Origin: Ptychomitrium polyphyllum
Lineage: Eukaryota
Direction: 5' to 3'
Assembly: GCA_973851085.1 (NCBI GenBank)
Contig: OZ316775.1
Span: 6,572,001 to 6,636,000 of the forward strand
DNA length: 64,000 nt
Below, piece by piece: positions 1 to 14,984 of this stretch. The translations under genes and the position numbers were made by a program. Positions within the stretch are counted from its first letter, which is position 1; each line of letters starts with the position of its first letter. The notes below the pieces were generated by a model that had not been told where the DNA came from, made no database searches, and saw only the letters and a list, made by a program, of their open reading frames with translations.

Positions 1-59
1 TAGTGCCGGAACTCTTCGATGATGTCGCCGGACGTTTGCTGCTGCATGACTGTAGCCAT
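1..59 (-). CDS. 5' end of an unidentified protein-coding gene running off the left edge (MATVMQQQTSGDIIEEFRH...)
   Basis: ATG at 59-57 in good context (ATCATGG), GC-rich codons open to the window edge, GC-rich 5'UTR-like stretch 60-180 and a TATA box about 145 nt upstream of the ATG. Only 19 codons are visible. Confidence 0.55.
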   Translation of the reverse strand, partial: MATVMQQQTSGDIIEEFRH

Positions 60-202
60 GATGATCGCCGAAGGTACTGAAACGTCGTCGCTCAAGCAGT
101 AGCAGCGCAGGCTGAGCGCTTCTTCTTCAGTGATCAGATTGGTGATCAGGAAGAAGAACGCGGGGCAGAATCGCTACAAGACTTTCACGACCAGGGGGCT
201 AA

Positions 203-213
203 ATTTATATATA
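203..213 (-). promoter_or_regulatory. TATA box of the left-edge gene
   Basis: Minus strand reads TATATATAAAT just upstream of the GC-rich UTR-like segment. Confidence 0.5.
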
Positions 214-1535
214 CATCATCATGTGCTCTGTTGCTGACACGAAGTAAGTACAACTGTGGCACTTACTGGCACAGTGTTCTCATAAGGTTGATTTTTAGGC
301 AAAGTTTCTGCCACCTCTCGTTAATCTCTTTCACACCATTGGTTACCCTTTATTTCCCCCAAAGACTGCCGGCTGAGGCCACGATACCTATTACATGGTA
401 AACTTTGAAAATTGGTTGTAGACCTCAAGGTCCTTGCCCTCAATAGTGATTGTGTTGAGGTATACAACTACAACCAGGTCTCCATGTGTTTGATTTAGCC
501 TTTAATATTTCAACTGTATGTAAACACACATGAAGGTTAGATAGAATATATTTTTTGTGCACCCCCCAATATGATAGGACATAATATATAATCAACTTTA
601 TATCTTTGAAACTTCATGCATAATAAATACATTTGGTATTTCATGGAGTCTCAATATCATTTTGGGTGCATTTATTTTTGAAATATTTATTATATTTTCT
701 TTTAGAAATAATAAGGAAATAAGAGAGAATAGATTTACATGTATAAAAGGGCATGTTTTCAAAAGTAATTAATTAATTAAATAATTAAATTAAACTAAAA
801 CTCTACAATGTTGAATACAATCATTGAAAATCAAAAATCAAATAAAATGTTCTATCACAACAACTTAAATGGAATCTATAGGTTATATTTAATTTTTCAA
901 TAATTTTTTTCTATGAAAATAATATAATCTTTTTCATTACCACTGTAAATCCTTTTTTACATGCTAAAATCTTGATTCTATATATTTTTTTAATTGAAAT
1001 TTTTTATTTTGTAATGCTTTATATGGAAGGTATTTCTTGTATACATAAAATAATATTATACAAAAAACATTGAAGTAATCAAAATAGTCCGATTACTTAA
1101 TATTGACAACCAAATAATAATATTGTTGTATTAAGTAGTTAAGAAGCATTTTTTTCTTTCAATGAATGAATTGTAACATTACAAAAATCATAATGTTAGA
1201 CATTAGTTTTTAAAAAATCATTAAAAAAAAATTAACAAAGATTTCGTTTGTTCTTTCAAATGATGTAAAGGAAAGTTATATGTTTTTAAAACTTCAATAA
1301 TTTCAAAGTTCAAATAAATACGATTTTGATAAAATTTGGAGCTTTGTTGGAATTGATTATTCTATTACATTAGCTAGAAGATTTATGTTGATCAACCACA
1401 TTAAATTCTTTTAGCCATTAATGTGGTAAATTTTTCAAATCTTTAAGTTAAAAATTTGTAATAGCTCTTGACATACAAATGTTAATTACATTCCAATCAT
1501 AAAATAAAATAGTATTTTTGGCAATACATAAATTC

Positions 1536-1621
1536 GCATCAATTCTTATATATCTTCAAATTACTTAATAACTTATCTGCATCAATTCTTATATATCTTC
1601 AAATTACTTAATAACTTATCT
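1536..1621. repeat. Perfect 43-bp tandem duplication
   Basis: gcatcaattcttatatatcttcaaattacttaataacttatct occurs at 1536-1578 and 1579-1621. Confidence 0.95.
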
Positions 1622-2627
1622 TACTTGTGATACTTAAAACATATACAGTTTCTTATTCTAATGGGATTATATGAATATCAAATTTTAATTTTAGTTATTT
1701 AACGTTCACACCAAATGGAGAAAATAATGTGTAGCCATATAAGAGCCTTCAACATTTTGACAACATTCTAAAATCAGATCAAAACAATTATGGAAACCAG
1801 CCCTTTACTCCCAAATGTACTCCCAGATGTACTAATTGAAGTGTGTATGTATTGAAGTAATCATTTCAAATTTACAACTTGTTGTGCTACTAGTGCCAAC
1901 TTCTACCTCCCCTGATATCTCCATAAGAAGGATGTCCTTTTATAATATATGCATTAAGTTTTCAATAATTGAAAGTAAATATATGTACTGTACATACCAT
2001 CCTCCCTGAAACGAAAAAAGAGATACAAATTAGAAATATAGCACCCTGTCGTGTACTTGCCATCATGGTAAAGTTGGGCATGCACGAAAAAAATTCATGT
2101 TCCTCAATTTAAGATTGTCTTTTATCAACTTTGAATCCTACTGGGGGTCCCATCTGATGAAAATCTCACATGGGGGTTCCTCCCATTGACTGAAAACCTA
2201 CCCAGACCAGATGGTGGCTGAGCGCTGGACTTTCCATTCCCTTGCATCAGGTTGGAAATAACTCTACTAACAAAGTACATCTAATAAGTGGTTGCCCAGG
2301 ATGTCCTGGACACTGATAGTTCATTTTGACTATAGTGCCTTATACATGCCGTACGAACAGAGTCTCTGTAATAAAAACCAGGCTCCAGGTTTGAAAATTG
2401 ACACACTCAGTCCCCCCTCCTTGGAATTTTTTTAAATTAAACTCTCAGTTGTCAATTTGGAATATTGCTGCATCCCAGGTGACTGGGTTGAACTTTGCTA
2501 CATGTCCATGTTCCATTGATAAGGCTGAGTTAAACTATTATTTCATGGTGGTAGGAGAGTGTTATGCAATGGTTCCTGGAGTAAGTAGCATATATGTGGC
2601 ATCTTCAAAAGGATATTAAATATGTTG

Positions 2628-2655
2628 TGTCTTCCATTCCATGGAATGGAAGACA
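2628..2655. repeat. Perfect 28-bp palindrome with no spacer
   Basis: tgtcttccattcca|tggaatggaagaca; the arms are exact reverse complements. Confidence 0.95.
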
Positions 2656-5600
2656 TAGAAACAGTGATTAAATTCAAATATCATGATCTTTAAACCCATG
2701 CATCCTCTTATACGGGCCTTCCAACATGACTCATCATTCTTCTTGGTCACTTTTGTAAATCATAGATTTAAGTCCATGACAATGCAATATAAATTTCAAA
2801 TTCTTAATTTAAATGATTAGACTAGTGGATCATAAATTAATTTTTTCAAATATTGATGCCAAATAGAATTGCATAGTTCATATCATTATGAATAAGTATT
2901 TTACTTTTGGAAAAGATAGAAGAAAAAAAAACAATAATTAACATAATTCATTAATTAGAGTATCATTTTTGTTAATAGAATATTGCACAAATCATTATAA
3001 TTTCCTATATTGTGTATAATATAGAATCTTGAATTGTCAATAACACATATTTTCATTACTATGAAAAAACATTAAAGAACTCAAGCTAGTAATAATTCAA
3101 TAGTTGTTAATTTTGAATAGAATTGACTTTAATTAATATAAAATTATAATTTTTAGAATATCAATGATGTAATAGAATTTCAACCATGAGATATTAAATT
3201 GTTTTTGAAAACTCCAAAATTATACATTTAAACAAATTTTCATTCTACAATCTTAAATCTAAATAAGAGTACAAACTTTTCATTTATTATTACTTTTAAT
3301 TGAAAGAAGTGTAAGAAAAATAAGCTAAAAGAACAAATGAATAAGAAAAGAGAAACATGGGCTCAAAGAAGGATTAATGGAAATGGAAGAAACTAAATCA
3401 AGAAGACATAAAAGAGTGATTGCTAAGTAAGAATGAAGATAAGAGAAGAAAGAAAAAGGACGCTGGAAGAGATGATGAGCAAAAGGAAGAAGTGAGGTGG
3501 TGGATGGAAGAACGAGATAGAAGAAAGATGGACTGAAATAAAGAAAAAAAGAAATATAATAAAAGAAGGCTTAAATGAATTTTTATTTCAAAGATCTTTT
3601 TTTTTACTTCTTCATGTTCATCTTTATTTTCTCTTTATCATTTGTTGTAGTTGCATACTTTCAAAGTTTTTATTTTTTACTATCCAAATTTGTAAATTTT
3701 AATACTCAAAATCCATACTAATTGAGATTTTTTTAATTAATCTAAATTGAAATTTCAACCTACAAATATCTTTCATATTCCAAAATTTTAATTTTTAAAA
3801 TATATAATCTGTAATGTTGCAATTTTTGAAAAAATTTAGTAGGGAATGTATTCATTTTTTTTATATAAGTGTAATAAAATGCAATAGATAGAACTATTTA
3901 AAATTCATATATCAAAAACTTAAAAATTATTTTTAAAATGTAAAAACAACAATAAATTTAAAATTGAGTTGATTGTTAATAAAATTGTTGAACTTAACTT
4001 TTGGAATACAATAAAATAACACCTTTTTTTTAATGCAATTTCTTTTGTTTTTATTTGAAATTTTAAAAATAATGCTCTCTTTTAATTTAGCTATGAATTA
4101 TGCTACTAATAGTAGCAAATTTTAAATTCTTGTAGCATATTTAATAGCAACAAGTTACAATTCTTACTTCAAACTAGCTTTTCAAACTAATTTTTTTTCT
4201 ATTGGCCCTTCATTTTAAGTTGTTCCAGAAAAATATAGAGATCAAATGCCACTAATATATATCATAAAAAAATTCTCAATAAAATGCAAAAAACTCTAAA
4301 TCAAAATTAAAAATGATTATTCATGTAGAATACTTTTGATGGATTATTTTTTTAAATGATTTTTTTTGAAATGTTCTTGTTAAATGATATATAAAATTTA
4401 AAAGTCTTATATATATTTTTAAGTTATATAGTTTTAAAAATGAATCTTTTTTTAACGGACATTAGCAGAATCAAAGTACTGATATTTATGAAGAGTAAGA
4501 AGAAGTCACTTCTTGCAAATTTGCAAAATATAACTCAGAAGGTATTGTTTCATAAAGCATTAAACATATTTTTGCACAAGTTTATGCATTTGGAAAAGAT
4601 AGAATGCTTTTGATAAATTTATTCATTCTCTCTTATTTCTTATTTCTTATGCATGACTTATTTGCCTTACTTCACCTTCTTCTTTGTTTATTTCTTTTCT
4701 ATTTCTTTATCTTCTTTAAATGCATCATACAAAAAATTATAAAAATATATAGAAATATTCAACATGCTACTATGCTTTGTATAAATATGCAATTAGAATC
4801 ATATGGCTACAAAAAGAACTATGGATTATCCAGAATATAAAATTATAAAAAATTTCAAATCTAAAAATTGACCATTGTGGGAAGAAAACGAAAAGTTTTT
4901 AATTCATTTTTAATATTTGTATATCAAAAAAATATAAAACTTTTTGTGATGTAAAAAGATGCAAATGAAAAGAATACATTTTACTGTGAGTTTGTTAAAA
5001 GTGTACCTGTAATAAACAAATAAACAAAGATATAACTATGCAATTGGATTATTTTCTTGAGAAAAATTAGATTAAGCAGGACCTAACAGCTCCAGCAAAT
5101 TACTAATGATTGGGGCGGCCATAAATATTATAATAATATATAACTAAAATAAATACACTTTATTAAATCAGAATCGGTGGTGGTAACGATTTCTGTCAGC
5201 TTTTAAAATTTTTGATCAACTCAGCCTATCTGTTCACACATGGTGAACACATTTCAAATACCACAAACTTGGATAAAGTCAGTTGATTTTCAAAAGCTTC
5301 GTTGTTGTTTTCATTTATTGCCAAGAAAAATCGTTATCTCCCTATACATCATATTTCTTTGAAACAGATAACTGACTATATTCACAACTCTCAACCACAA
5401 CATGGACCAAAAAACCACACTAATTTTACGTCCAAGATTAGAACTTAGAAGAAACAAAGGTGGAGCATTTTATTTAGTTTTTGTGAAATTTCCTTGTAAA
5501 AAGCAAGTAATATATTACGGATTCTTACCAAAGCAAGTTAAGGATTTCACACTTGCAATATAACTAAGTGTAGAAGTGTACAGGTATTGTGGATTTTACT

Positions 5601-8600
5601 ATAATATTTTAATATACTTTGTGATAGTGCTTGAGGTTATTCATGTAATGTAAAAGAAAGGAAGATTGTTATTGTATAGGAATAATAGTCTAAAGTTCTT
5701 GGATGAATTCTTTTTCAAAGGTAACATCAATGAGGACTACATCTTTGAATGAAAATGCATATTCAAAGAAAGAATTTAAAAAAAAAGTTGTATGACTCTT
5801 TGTAATCAATTTCTACACATTTGTAAGTTAATACCTTAAATTTTAGTTTAGTGCAATGTAAAGAGTTTTTAAGTATTTCAAGATGCAACCATCACTTCCT
5901 CAAAATTTTGGTTTTTTTTAAAAAAAAATGCAAATTTTGTTTATTTTATAAATGGAGGTACATAACTGGTTCACTTATAAGATTCTTGATTTCTTTTATC
6001 AACAAATAAATTTATGACTTACAGAAACAAAAATCCATATCATTTGTATCAATTTTACTTACAAACAAACACAAGGTCATTTTATATACTAGTCTTCATT
6101 ATATAATCAAATCATTTACTTTACCATTTACAGATTTACAAGTACAAATGTTTTCTAAAGAATTAGAAAATATATGAAATGAATTAATTGATTTACAAAA
6201 AAACTCAACGACAAAAATTTGAATACATAGCACCACTAGAATAGAATTCTTAGAAAAATAAATTAGCTGTAATGCAAAAATTGTTAAAAGGATTAAGTTA
6301 TATAAACTTTTAAAAGTATTTTTAAGGAAGATCCTATCTGATTATAGTAGAATTTAAACATTATTATAAGGATAAACTTAATTACATGTTTGAATACAAA
6401 TTCAAGTTCAAAATGGAAGTTTGTAGTGAATATGAGACATTTGAAGATATATACAAATACATGAAAACTTAAAAGTTTAAACTTTATCCAAAAATTATAT
6501 TTACATTTTGAATGTAAAACTTTTTACAATGAAGAAATATAGCAAAATGAGGGAAGGAATAAATATGACGCTTATAAAGTTTAAAAGATACATGGACATA
6601 TTGAGGTGTTTTGTATGCATTTTACTTTTTCAAGTATCCAATTTTATGCACTATATTGATTTGCATACATGTGTCCAATCAGATTTGTCACATGGTAGGT
6701 TATTGGTTTCAAAGAAACGAGAGATGTAATGGAGATAATGAACGTTGGTTGGCAGTAACATTTGATAATTAGTAAAAATAAACTTTGGACTTGGTGTAAA
6801 ACAATCAAATGTATCCATTTCTGTGATATTTAGAGTAAACTCGTAAGCTGAGGCGATCCAAATTTTAGAAAATGCTTGTGGTTGCTTTCACCTCCAGTTC
6901 CGATTTTTATTAAGAAAATTTAGAATAAAACATTTTTCAGGTTTTTTTAAAAATAAAAGGTCAGACCTTGCCACTATTTTGGACAAAACGATATGTTATG
7001 AGCTCAGTTGTTATTTTGATGTTGAAGCACCTAAGTTGCCTTGATTCAAAACAATTTCATTTGATTAAAATTATAAAATTTAAAGTTTATTGAAGTTCTT
7101 CATTATGTAGTTCTTAATTATGTAGTTCTTAAGTATAAGCCTATATGTAAGTATAAGCTTTAATGTGAAAAAAAAGCAAAATCATTATGTGAAAAGGTTT
7201 TGATGTAAGGTATATTATACATAAAAATATAAAAATATTAAATAGGAAGATTTTGAAATGGTTTGAAAAGGTCATATTTTGGAAAGAGGATATTAGTTAA
7301 TTTGCTTTTTAAAAGAATATATGTAAATATAAAAGTTTCTAGAAGGTTTCATAATGCTCCAATGTTTATGAGGTATTAAAGCTTACCCACAATACTCTAC
7401 AATTTAGTTTTAAATAATTTTCAAAAGTAAGTGTAGATTTTAATCATTGTAAATTAAAATATCATCTATTTAAGTAACACAAAATTCACACAATAATTCT
7501 TTTACAATGACACTGTATCTCAGAAAAATCTCAGAAAAATCCAATAGTGTCATTGCTGAAAAATAACATCATTGACACCAAATCACCATTTAAGTGTGTT
7601 TAACAGAAGGAAAGCTTCGACATGTTGCTACAACTAAGGCTCCTTGGAGGTAACAATCTCTTATACAAACTCTCTATAAAAAAGTTACTGTGAAACTTAT
7701 TACATTTCCTATTCAGTGCACTGACTGTTGTAAACAATTAACATGGACTGGTTCCTCCAAGCAGACTAAGGAAGGTCAAGAACTGACCCATGATATAATT
7801 CTGTAACTGGTATACACTTTCCAACTCCCTTTCCTGTTTAGCATAGGTTCCTTTATTTGACAAGACTTGTGAGATATTCAAGCTGGTTCTTATCAAACAA
7901 CTTCTATGAGTGGTTCCCCTTCAGGTGTATCCTTCACCTATACCAACTTTAAGGTATAAATAGGATATCTAGTGTCTTTAAAAAGTCAAATGCACGATTA
8001 GCAAGTTTAAAATTCATAGCAAGTTGTACATGAAATGTCAAACTGACCACTAACAAGGTTCCTTAAAAGAAGGTTTACTGCCAAGGAAGGTTAATTGCAA
8101 GTAAAAAACTCAATTCTAAACAGTGATGCATTTAGCAAGTTCAAAATAACATAAGTTGAACCTAAAAAATCCAACACATAAAGGTTAGTACTAGTAAATC
8201 AGATACTTGTACTGAAGAATGTGGGTTGAAATCTTCTTTCAATGCAACTTGGCTCTTCAGTTTTCGAAAAAAGTATAATACTAATTGAATATTTGTAATA
8301 ATATTAATATGATGTGCTTTGAATTGCTGAGCTCATAGGTCGCAATTTAATGACAAACTCTGCTAAGGACCATGGGCAATGTAGGGATTCCTAGAACTGG
8401 TTTGAAAGCGACATTAGAATACTGTTGTATGATTCCTGCCACATTCAAATTGCTTTCACACAGGGAATACCACCGTGGACATTCAAAAGGAATGTATCAT
8501 GGAGAATTAGAGGACTGTAACTCAAAAGCCATAGCACTACTGCTTATGTAACAGGTGTAACAGGTGTAGAACTGGACATAAAGAAATTCCCAGTGTATGG

Positions 8601-11600
8601 TGCTAAAACATCCGTACAATGGCTTGCGCAACAGAAAGAATATCTACAATCACCCTTGAGAGCACCAAGGAAGACTGTCTTTGTGTATAGTGGAGATGGT
8701 CAACTGTGTGGTACCCATGTGGACAATAGTAAGTTGCTGTATGTTTGTGAGTAAGTTGCAATGACAGAGATGTTCATTTTAGATTTTGGAGTTTTTTGTG
8801 TTGGTTTTGAAAGTACAAACTCCTTATTCAATCAAAATTCATCAATGTAGTCATAGCTATTTACCTTATATTTTTGTAGTCAATTTTCTAGTCTAGTTCG
8901 AATTAACTCAAAGAGCTCTTCAATTGCCTTTAATTAGATGTTTTTTAAAACTTAATCAAAAGAAAATTTACAAATAATATGATTGATTCTCAATACACCA
9001 TAACTTTTACTTAACCTAGTCAATGTGATGAGTAACTTAATTTTTCTTAATTTGCCTTTTCTATTAAAGCAAGTTTTATATTAATATAGTTTAAATCATC
9101 TTAAAATGGAATATATTGTATTATTGATATGTTGTATTGAACTTGAAAATGAAAATTTTGTGATCAATTTCCAAAAAAATTATGGTATAATTTGCTATTG
9201 TAATTTATATACAAACTTAATTTCATGATTTTCTTCAATGGATCCATATGATTTTCAATGCTTATAGTTTTTTCAAAAAAATTGGTAATTTTTGAAATTG
9301 CATTATTTTTTGGAGTTGAAAAATTCAAAGAAAATTTATTTCAAATACAAGCTAAAGTTTTAAAATAAGAAAAAACAAAATACAATTTTATGAATTCAAA
9401 TTAAAACCTTAAACTGATAGCTTTGTAGCCCAATATAAATCAATTTAGAAAAAAGCACTGAAAAATTCAAACCTTAGGAATTAATCTTAAAATCATGATT
9501 GTATCTTTAAAGCTTTTTAACTATGTTGAATTTTTTAGTTTTTGGAAATTCTTAAATTACTAAAAATAGAATGGATTGAAACAAGAGGTAGTAAATTATA
9601 ATTTATTAATTATGCTCAATAGAAACAAACCATATCAATAGCCAAAGCTACAATTTTAATACTAAAAAATCTTCTTTGTTTAAAATTTGGATGTATATTC
9701 AATTAATCTTATATTATTTCATGTCATTGCACAAAAAAAATATTACCTAAAACATCAATATACAAAGTATGTATATAGATATGGTGGTAGAATATTCAAA
9801 CATTTAATATTTCAAAGCATATTTCAAGTTTTTAACTTATATAGTGATTTATATAATTCATTGGATCCATTAAGATCTTTAATGACTTTATAAATTAAAA
9901 TCAAGATTGATAAAACCAAAAACATATGCTTAAAGTTCAATTTCTTTTGAAAAAATTATTGTATATTTAGGTTATACAAATTTATTATATAAATTTACTT
10001 TCCAATAAAACCTATTTTTACTTGATTATTTCAATAAAAATGTAAATGTTTCATTTTAGTTTGCACTTCAAATTTTTTGTACAAAGATGTTTAGAAGAAA
10101 TTCATCAATGCACATGATGCCAAGTATATATATTAATTCACTTCCAATGTTCAAATACATTGAGCTTACTATGAATCATCTTATATTCAATTAGTTTTTA
10201 ATATTGCTTTCTTATTCAATACCATTGTATAATTAAAGAAACTGATTAAATGTTAAATTGAATGAGAATTATTTATAGCCAATGAATGAATCTAATAAGA
10301 TATTTTTTATTCTTGTATTTACAAATTACTCTATATTGTCATTTAAGTTCATGTTTAAAAATTTAATTTTTTTTGTATACATTTTAAACATGCATGTATC
10401 ATTTTTCACAGTGTTGGTGGAAATGAGTAACACAATAAAAACAATAAAGAACACATTAAAAAGATTTTGATTTAGTTCCCAATGTAAGATCTTCAATTAA
10501 ATTATAGAATGCATGTACTATTTTGCAATGAATGAAAACTTTGCGGGATCTAACATTGAGATTTTTGGACATATTAAGAAGTTCTTATTACATATATTTA
10601 TATCAAATTTGAAAGGAGTACAACATATTCAAGAAAATCTTGTTATGGAAGGAGGTGCAAAACAATGCCACAATATATGCCATTTTGATGGATTAATTTT
10701 TAACTTTGTTTTTTTTATGGAATTTCACTTTGATAAGTAAATTTTTTAATAATAACTTATTTTTCTTCTTATTTAAAGATATATTTCTTTAAAAAATGTT
10801 AATAACTTAAAAAAAAAGTTGCATATAAGTTCATAATTTATAATGGTTTATAATTTAGTCTTGTAAAATGCTTGTAAAATCTAATTAAAGGTGAATAATA
10901 TAAGCTCATCATACTTGTACTTTTGTGATTATATGCCTCAATTTTGAACAAACCTATTGTCTTATGAATCTTCATTCATTTATTCTCCATCAAATTAATT
11001 ATTAATGCTTAGAATTATGAAGGTGTATTTAAAAACATGTGATTATTATTCTTCTATTATTTTATGAATGTTGTATAGATGAAGATTTAGTTATTTAATT
11101 TAATATACATGTTGACAATAAACTTTCTCTACAACTATTTACTCCACCATGTGTTTTAAATCTTTTGTATTTCAAGGTTCATAAAAAATAGATTATCTTA
11201 AAAGTAATACATAATTATCTACAAATTGCAACCTAGTGTAATTAAGTGAAAGTATTTAAAATCTCATACACTTTTGGCAAAACAATGGGATTTTTAAAAG
11301 TATTTTAATGTACAAAGTTGTATTATTAATACAATAATTAATTTAAACTTGGTAATTGTTATTGAAGAAATGCAATAAAAGTACTACAATAAGCAAAAAA
11401 AGAGCAAAGTTGCAATAAGAGAAATGTAGAGCAAGATGAATCTTACGTCCAACACATTTATTTATATAATGGGAGAAGCTGCCAAGCCCTAGCCTTAACC
11501 GCCTTTATTAATGTTCTAACAACTCTAATCACTACAACCACCACCCAAGCCCTAGTAGCCATGCAAAGTCATGTTATCTTTTTTTAATTCTAACTTCCAT

Positions 11601-12328
11601 TTCCTATATGGCCTATTTCTTTGCATGCCTTTGACCACTAGCAACTTATCAACCTCAAGTACATGGTGGTGGCTTAAACTAGAATTACTTTATAACTTTT
11701 ACTTCTCTCAACAATTGTTTTGGCATTTGTGATTAGCTCATTGGCTGGCAGATTCAAATTTCCAAATGACAACCAATGATTTTTAAAATGGCCATAGAAA
11801 TGGCTTAGCCATATTTGTGCATTAATAATGTACATTATATATACAAAGTAGTCCTTATACATGACAATCAATAAGAACAAGGAAAAAAAGAATAATAAAA
11901 AATCATCTTTTTAAAAAACTCTTTGTTTAGCTACGCTAAACCTCAATTTAAATATCTATAATCATTAATTGAATTCAAAAAAATATGTATTTCATTCATG
12001 TTTTTCTAATGTTAAAGGTACTAGAAAATTTTATAAATCCAATGTAAATAAGCAACGCTCTTAGCTAATATCACATGTATTTGAAAATGAAAATAAGATT
12101 TTTTTTTTTTTCTCACAAAAGAAAACACTTTTTAGATTATCCAATGCAAAGAATTTTAAACTTATATATTAATATCACGAGACCATTTGACTTAGTCCAC
12201 AACATCAAAAAAACAAACATGTGTTGTGTACTTTTTGAACTTGCATAATTATGTATAAGAAAATTTTAGGTGTTTATTTACCATAAATCAAAAAATAATA
12301 ATAAATGAAAAATACCTATATATGTATG

Positions 12329-12352
12329 TATATATATATATATATATATATA
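12329..12352. repeat. (TA)n microsatellite
   Basis: About 12 TA units. Confidence 0.9.
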
Positions 12353-13681
12353 AATAAAAGCTTACAAGCTCAAAAATATTAATGTATAAATATAAGCTTT
12401 CTCAAAATAAACCATTGTGATTAAAAAAAGTAATTAAAGACCTACCTAAGTATGTATAAAGCACATTTCAAAACAATTTGTCAATGAATGCATACAATAT
12501 TTTTTAAATTTCAATTTGAATAAAGTTTTTAAAGTTTTTTTTAGTAAAAAAAGTAGGAATACACATAAAATTGTAATAGAGTTTAATGCCCAACTTCAGT
12601 TCATATTTGAAATTTGATTAATAGAGATTCAGATTTTATGCTGTCTTTGTAATTTTTGGTACTAGAGAATGAAAACTAAGAGAAATATTTAGGTTAACAA
12701 AAACTAAGAATCTACTTAAGAATGAGGGGCTTAGTTTAGTTTTAAATTTTAACTCTTTAAAATCATGGGATGTTGTTAATAATTATATATTATAAAACAT
12801 TTGATAACTCACCAATAGAAGTTGCAACATAAAACAAAGGCATAATTGTTAATATGTATGTTATAATTTTATAACCAGATCCATTTTAATATTATCAATA
12901 TTTAAAATAAAAATTCTAAGCGTTTTTTAAAACCACATAATTTGAAAATTTTGTTAAACAATATTTTGTGGTCAATTAAAAAGTTTTTACTTGTAAGGTG
13001 ATAAAAACTTATTTTAATAATTTACTTAACTTTGGAAATTTTCTTCAAAACCTTCTATTATTGAATTTATTAAATTTTTTGATATAAATTATTTAAAATA
13101 ATATATATATATTTTTTTTTGAAGATTGCATTTTTTAAATTATAAAAATTAATATAGAAGTTCAAAGAACCTTAAATGAATGAAAAGTATAACTAAATCA
13201 GTGGAAGAAGTGTTTGAATCCATTCATGCTTCATAATTTGGATGCTTTAGTTTATAAGGAGTTAAAATTTTCAAATTAATTAAAGTATTTGGAATATTTG
13301 AAACACGTTCTATTCTAATTTTTTTATAATATCTTGCACTAATTTATTTTTTTTGTAATTAGAATTCAAAGGAATTGAATTGAAGATAAGTGAATTGTGG
13401 CACAAGATATGACATAGTGGAATGATATAATTCCATGATGTTTGCATACAAGATAGAAAAAAGAAAAAATATATTTTGGATAATATATGTGAATGTCAAT
13501 GCATATTTAATTAATTCCATGTTATGTCATAAATGTGATGTGTCATGGTATCAATGTAGTACATGCTATTGGATTTGATTAATGAATAGATGTCCAACAT
13601 TATGCACCAATGTATTAATCTTATCATGTTATAGTTGTTCATCTTCTAATATCTTTTAATGTTATAGTTTTAGTAATAAAT

Positions 13682-13976
13682 TTCACAACTAGGTTTTAAT
13701 AAGCCAATTTTATTTATGTACCGTATATATTAACATGGTTTTATCAAATATGGAGTTTTTAAAGAACCCTAAACAATCATATTTTTGGGGAGTAGCCCAT
13801 ATTCCAATGGATTCATGGCTTTTAAAAGTTGAACATCACTATCATTTATTTAATGATGGTAGTGTCCAACTTATAACCCATGATTCCATTGGAGTATAAG
13901 TGTTTCTCCATAGCCTTTGCTTATTCAATATTTTCTAAAATTTGATGAAACCATGTTGTAAAACCAAGTTTTTGAA
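13682..13976. mobile_element. Foldback (long imperfect inverted repeat) element, MITE-like
   Basis: Nested arm pairs: ttcacaactaggtttta / taaaaccaagtttttgaa; aacatggttttatcaaat (13732) / atttgatgaaaccatgtt (ends 13957); tattccaatggattcatgg...aagttgaacatcactatcatt / aatgatggtagtgtccaactt...ccatgattccattggagta. Short loop near 13846-13851. Confidence 0.7.
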
Positions 13977-14984
13977 CCAAATGAAGTATAATAAGAATTA
14001 GAAAAAAAAAAATCTCTTCATAAACTTTTATGAGTTTAGATCCTCAGGCCTTTGAGTTAGGATTTGTCCTGATTCTTGCACATTGTGTATTTCACGGATC
14101 TCTTTCTTAAGAGATTTGTCTTTCGCTTTGAATTGAGATGTGGTGAACTTTGGTGGAATCAAAGCTTAGGTCTAGTGCACACTGCCTTGAAGTCACAAGA
14201 CCATGGTATGGCAGTGAGCTTTCCATTAGATCTTCAATCAATATCTACATGACAAGATTTCATTCCAGATTGATGAAATAGATTCAAGCAATGCTTTATC
14301 CTAGTATACTAGATTTTTTATTCATATGTGTTGGTGTATAGTATGTATCAGGGGGTGACAAAGAAGCCAGTACACAAACTGTGTATGACATAATTTTATG
14401 TCTTAGTGTTGTGTACATGATGCACTTCAATTAATTTTTATGTGGATGGACATTCCAAGATCTTGGACAATGCACTTTACCTTGCAGCTTACACAAGTGT
14501 GTTATGCACAAAAAAATTGACTAGTTGATGTATTGATGGACGGGTGTCTGACAGTAAACAAAGTGATGTGGGAGGTACATCAATTTAAATCCCATACTAT
14601 GTACAATTTACAAAACTTATTAGTAATATTTAATGAAATTATCTCTAAGGAATTGTCATGAGTTATGACACATGTATGATGTTATGGTTTCATGTAATGT
14701 TGGATCATGTAAAAGAGGTTATAAGGTTAATTAATTATTGAACTTAGCATTATGCACTCCTAGAAATTTTACTTTATATTTTATTCATAATCACGTGCAA
14801 ATAAGGTAGAACAACTTACTACTAAATTCTTATCATTCTTACCACTTTCTTATTATTGGTTTTATAAACTCAACCATTGGTTTCAATTGCAGAAGAGTTT
14901 GTTGGAGTTCAAAATCTTGGAGTTCAAAATCCATGGTACAAAACAAAGTAAATAATCTTTTTATCATTATTCACCTAAAAGTAC

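Noticed and set aside
11380..11680. Additional solo LTR
   Set aside because: TATA-like core and LTR-like composition, but no TG...CA ends or TSD could be fixed.
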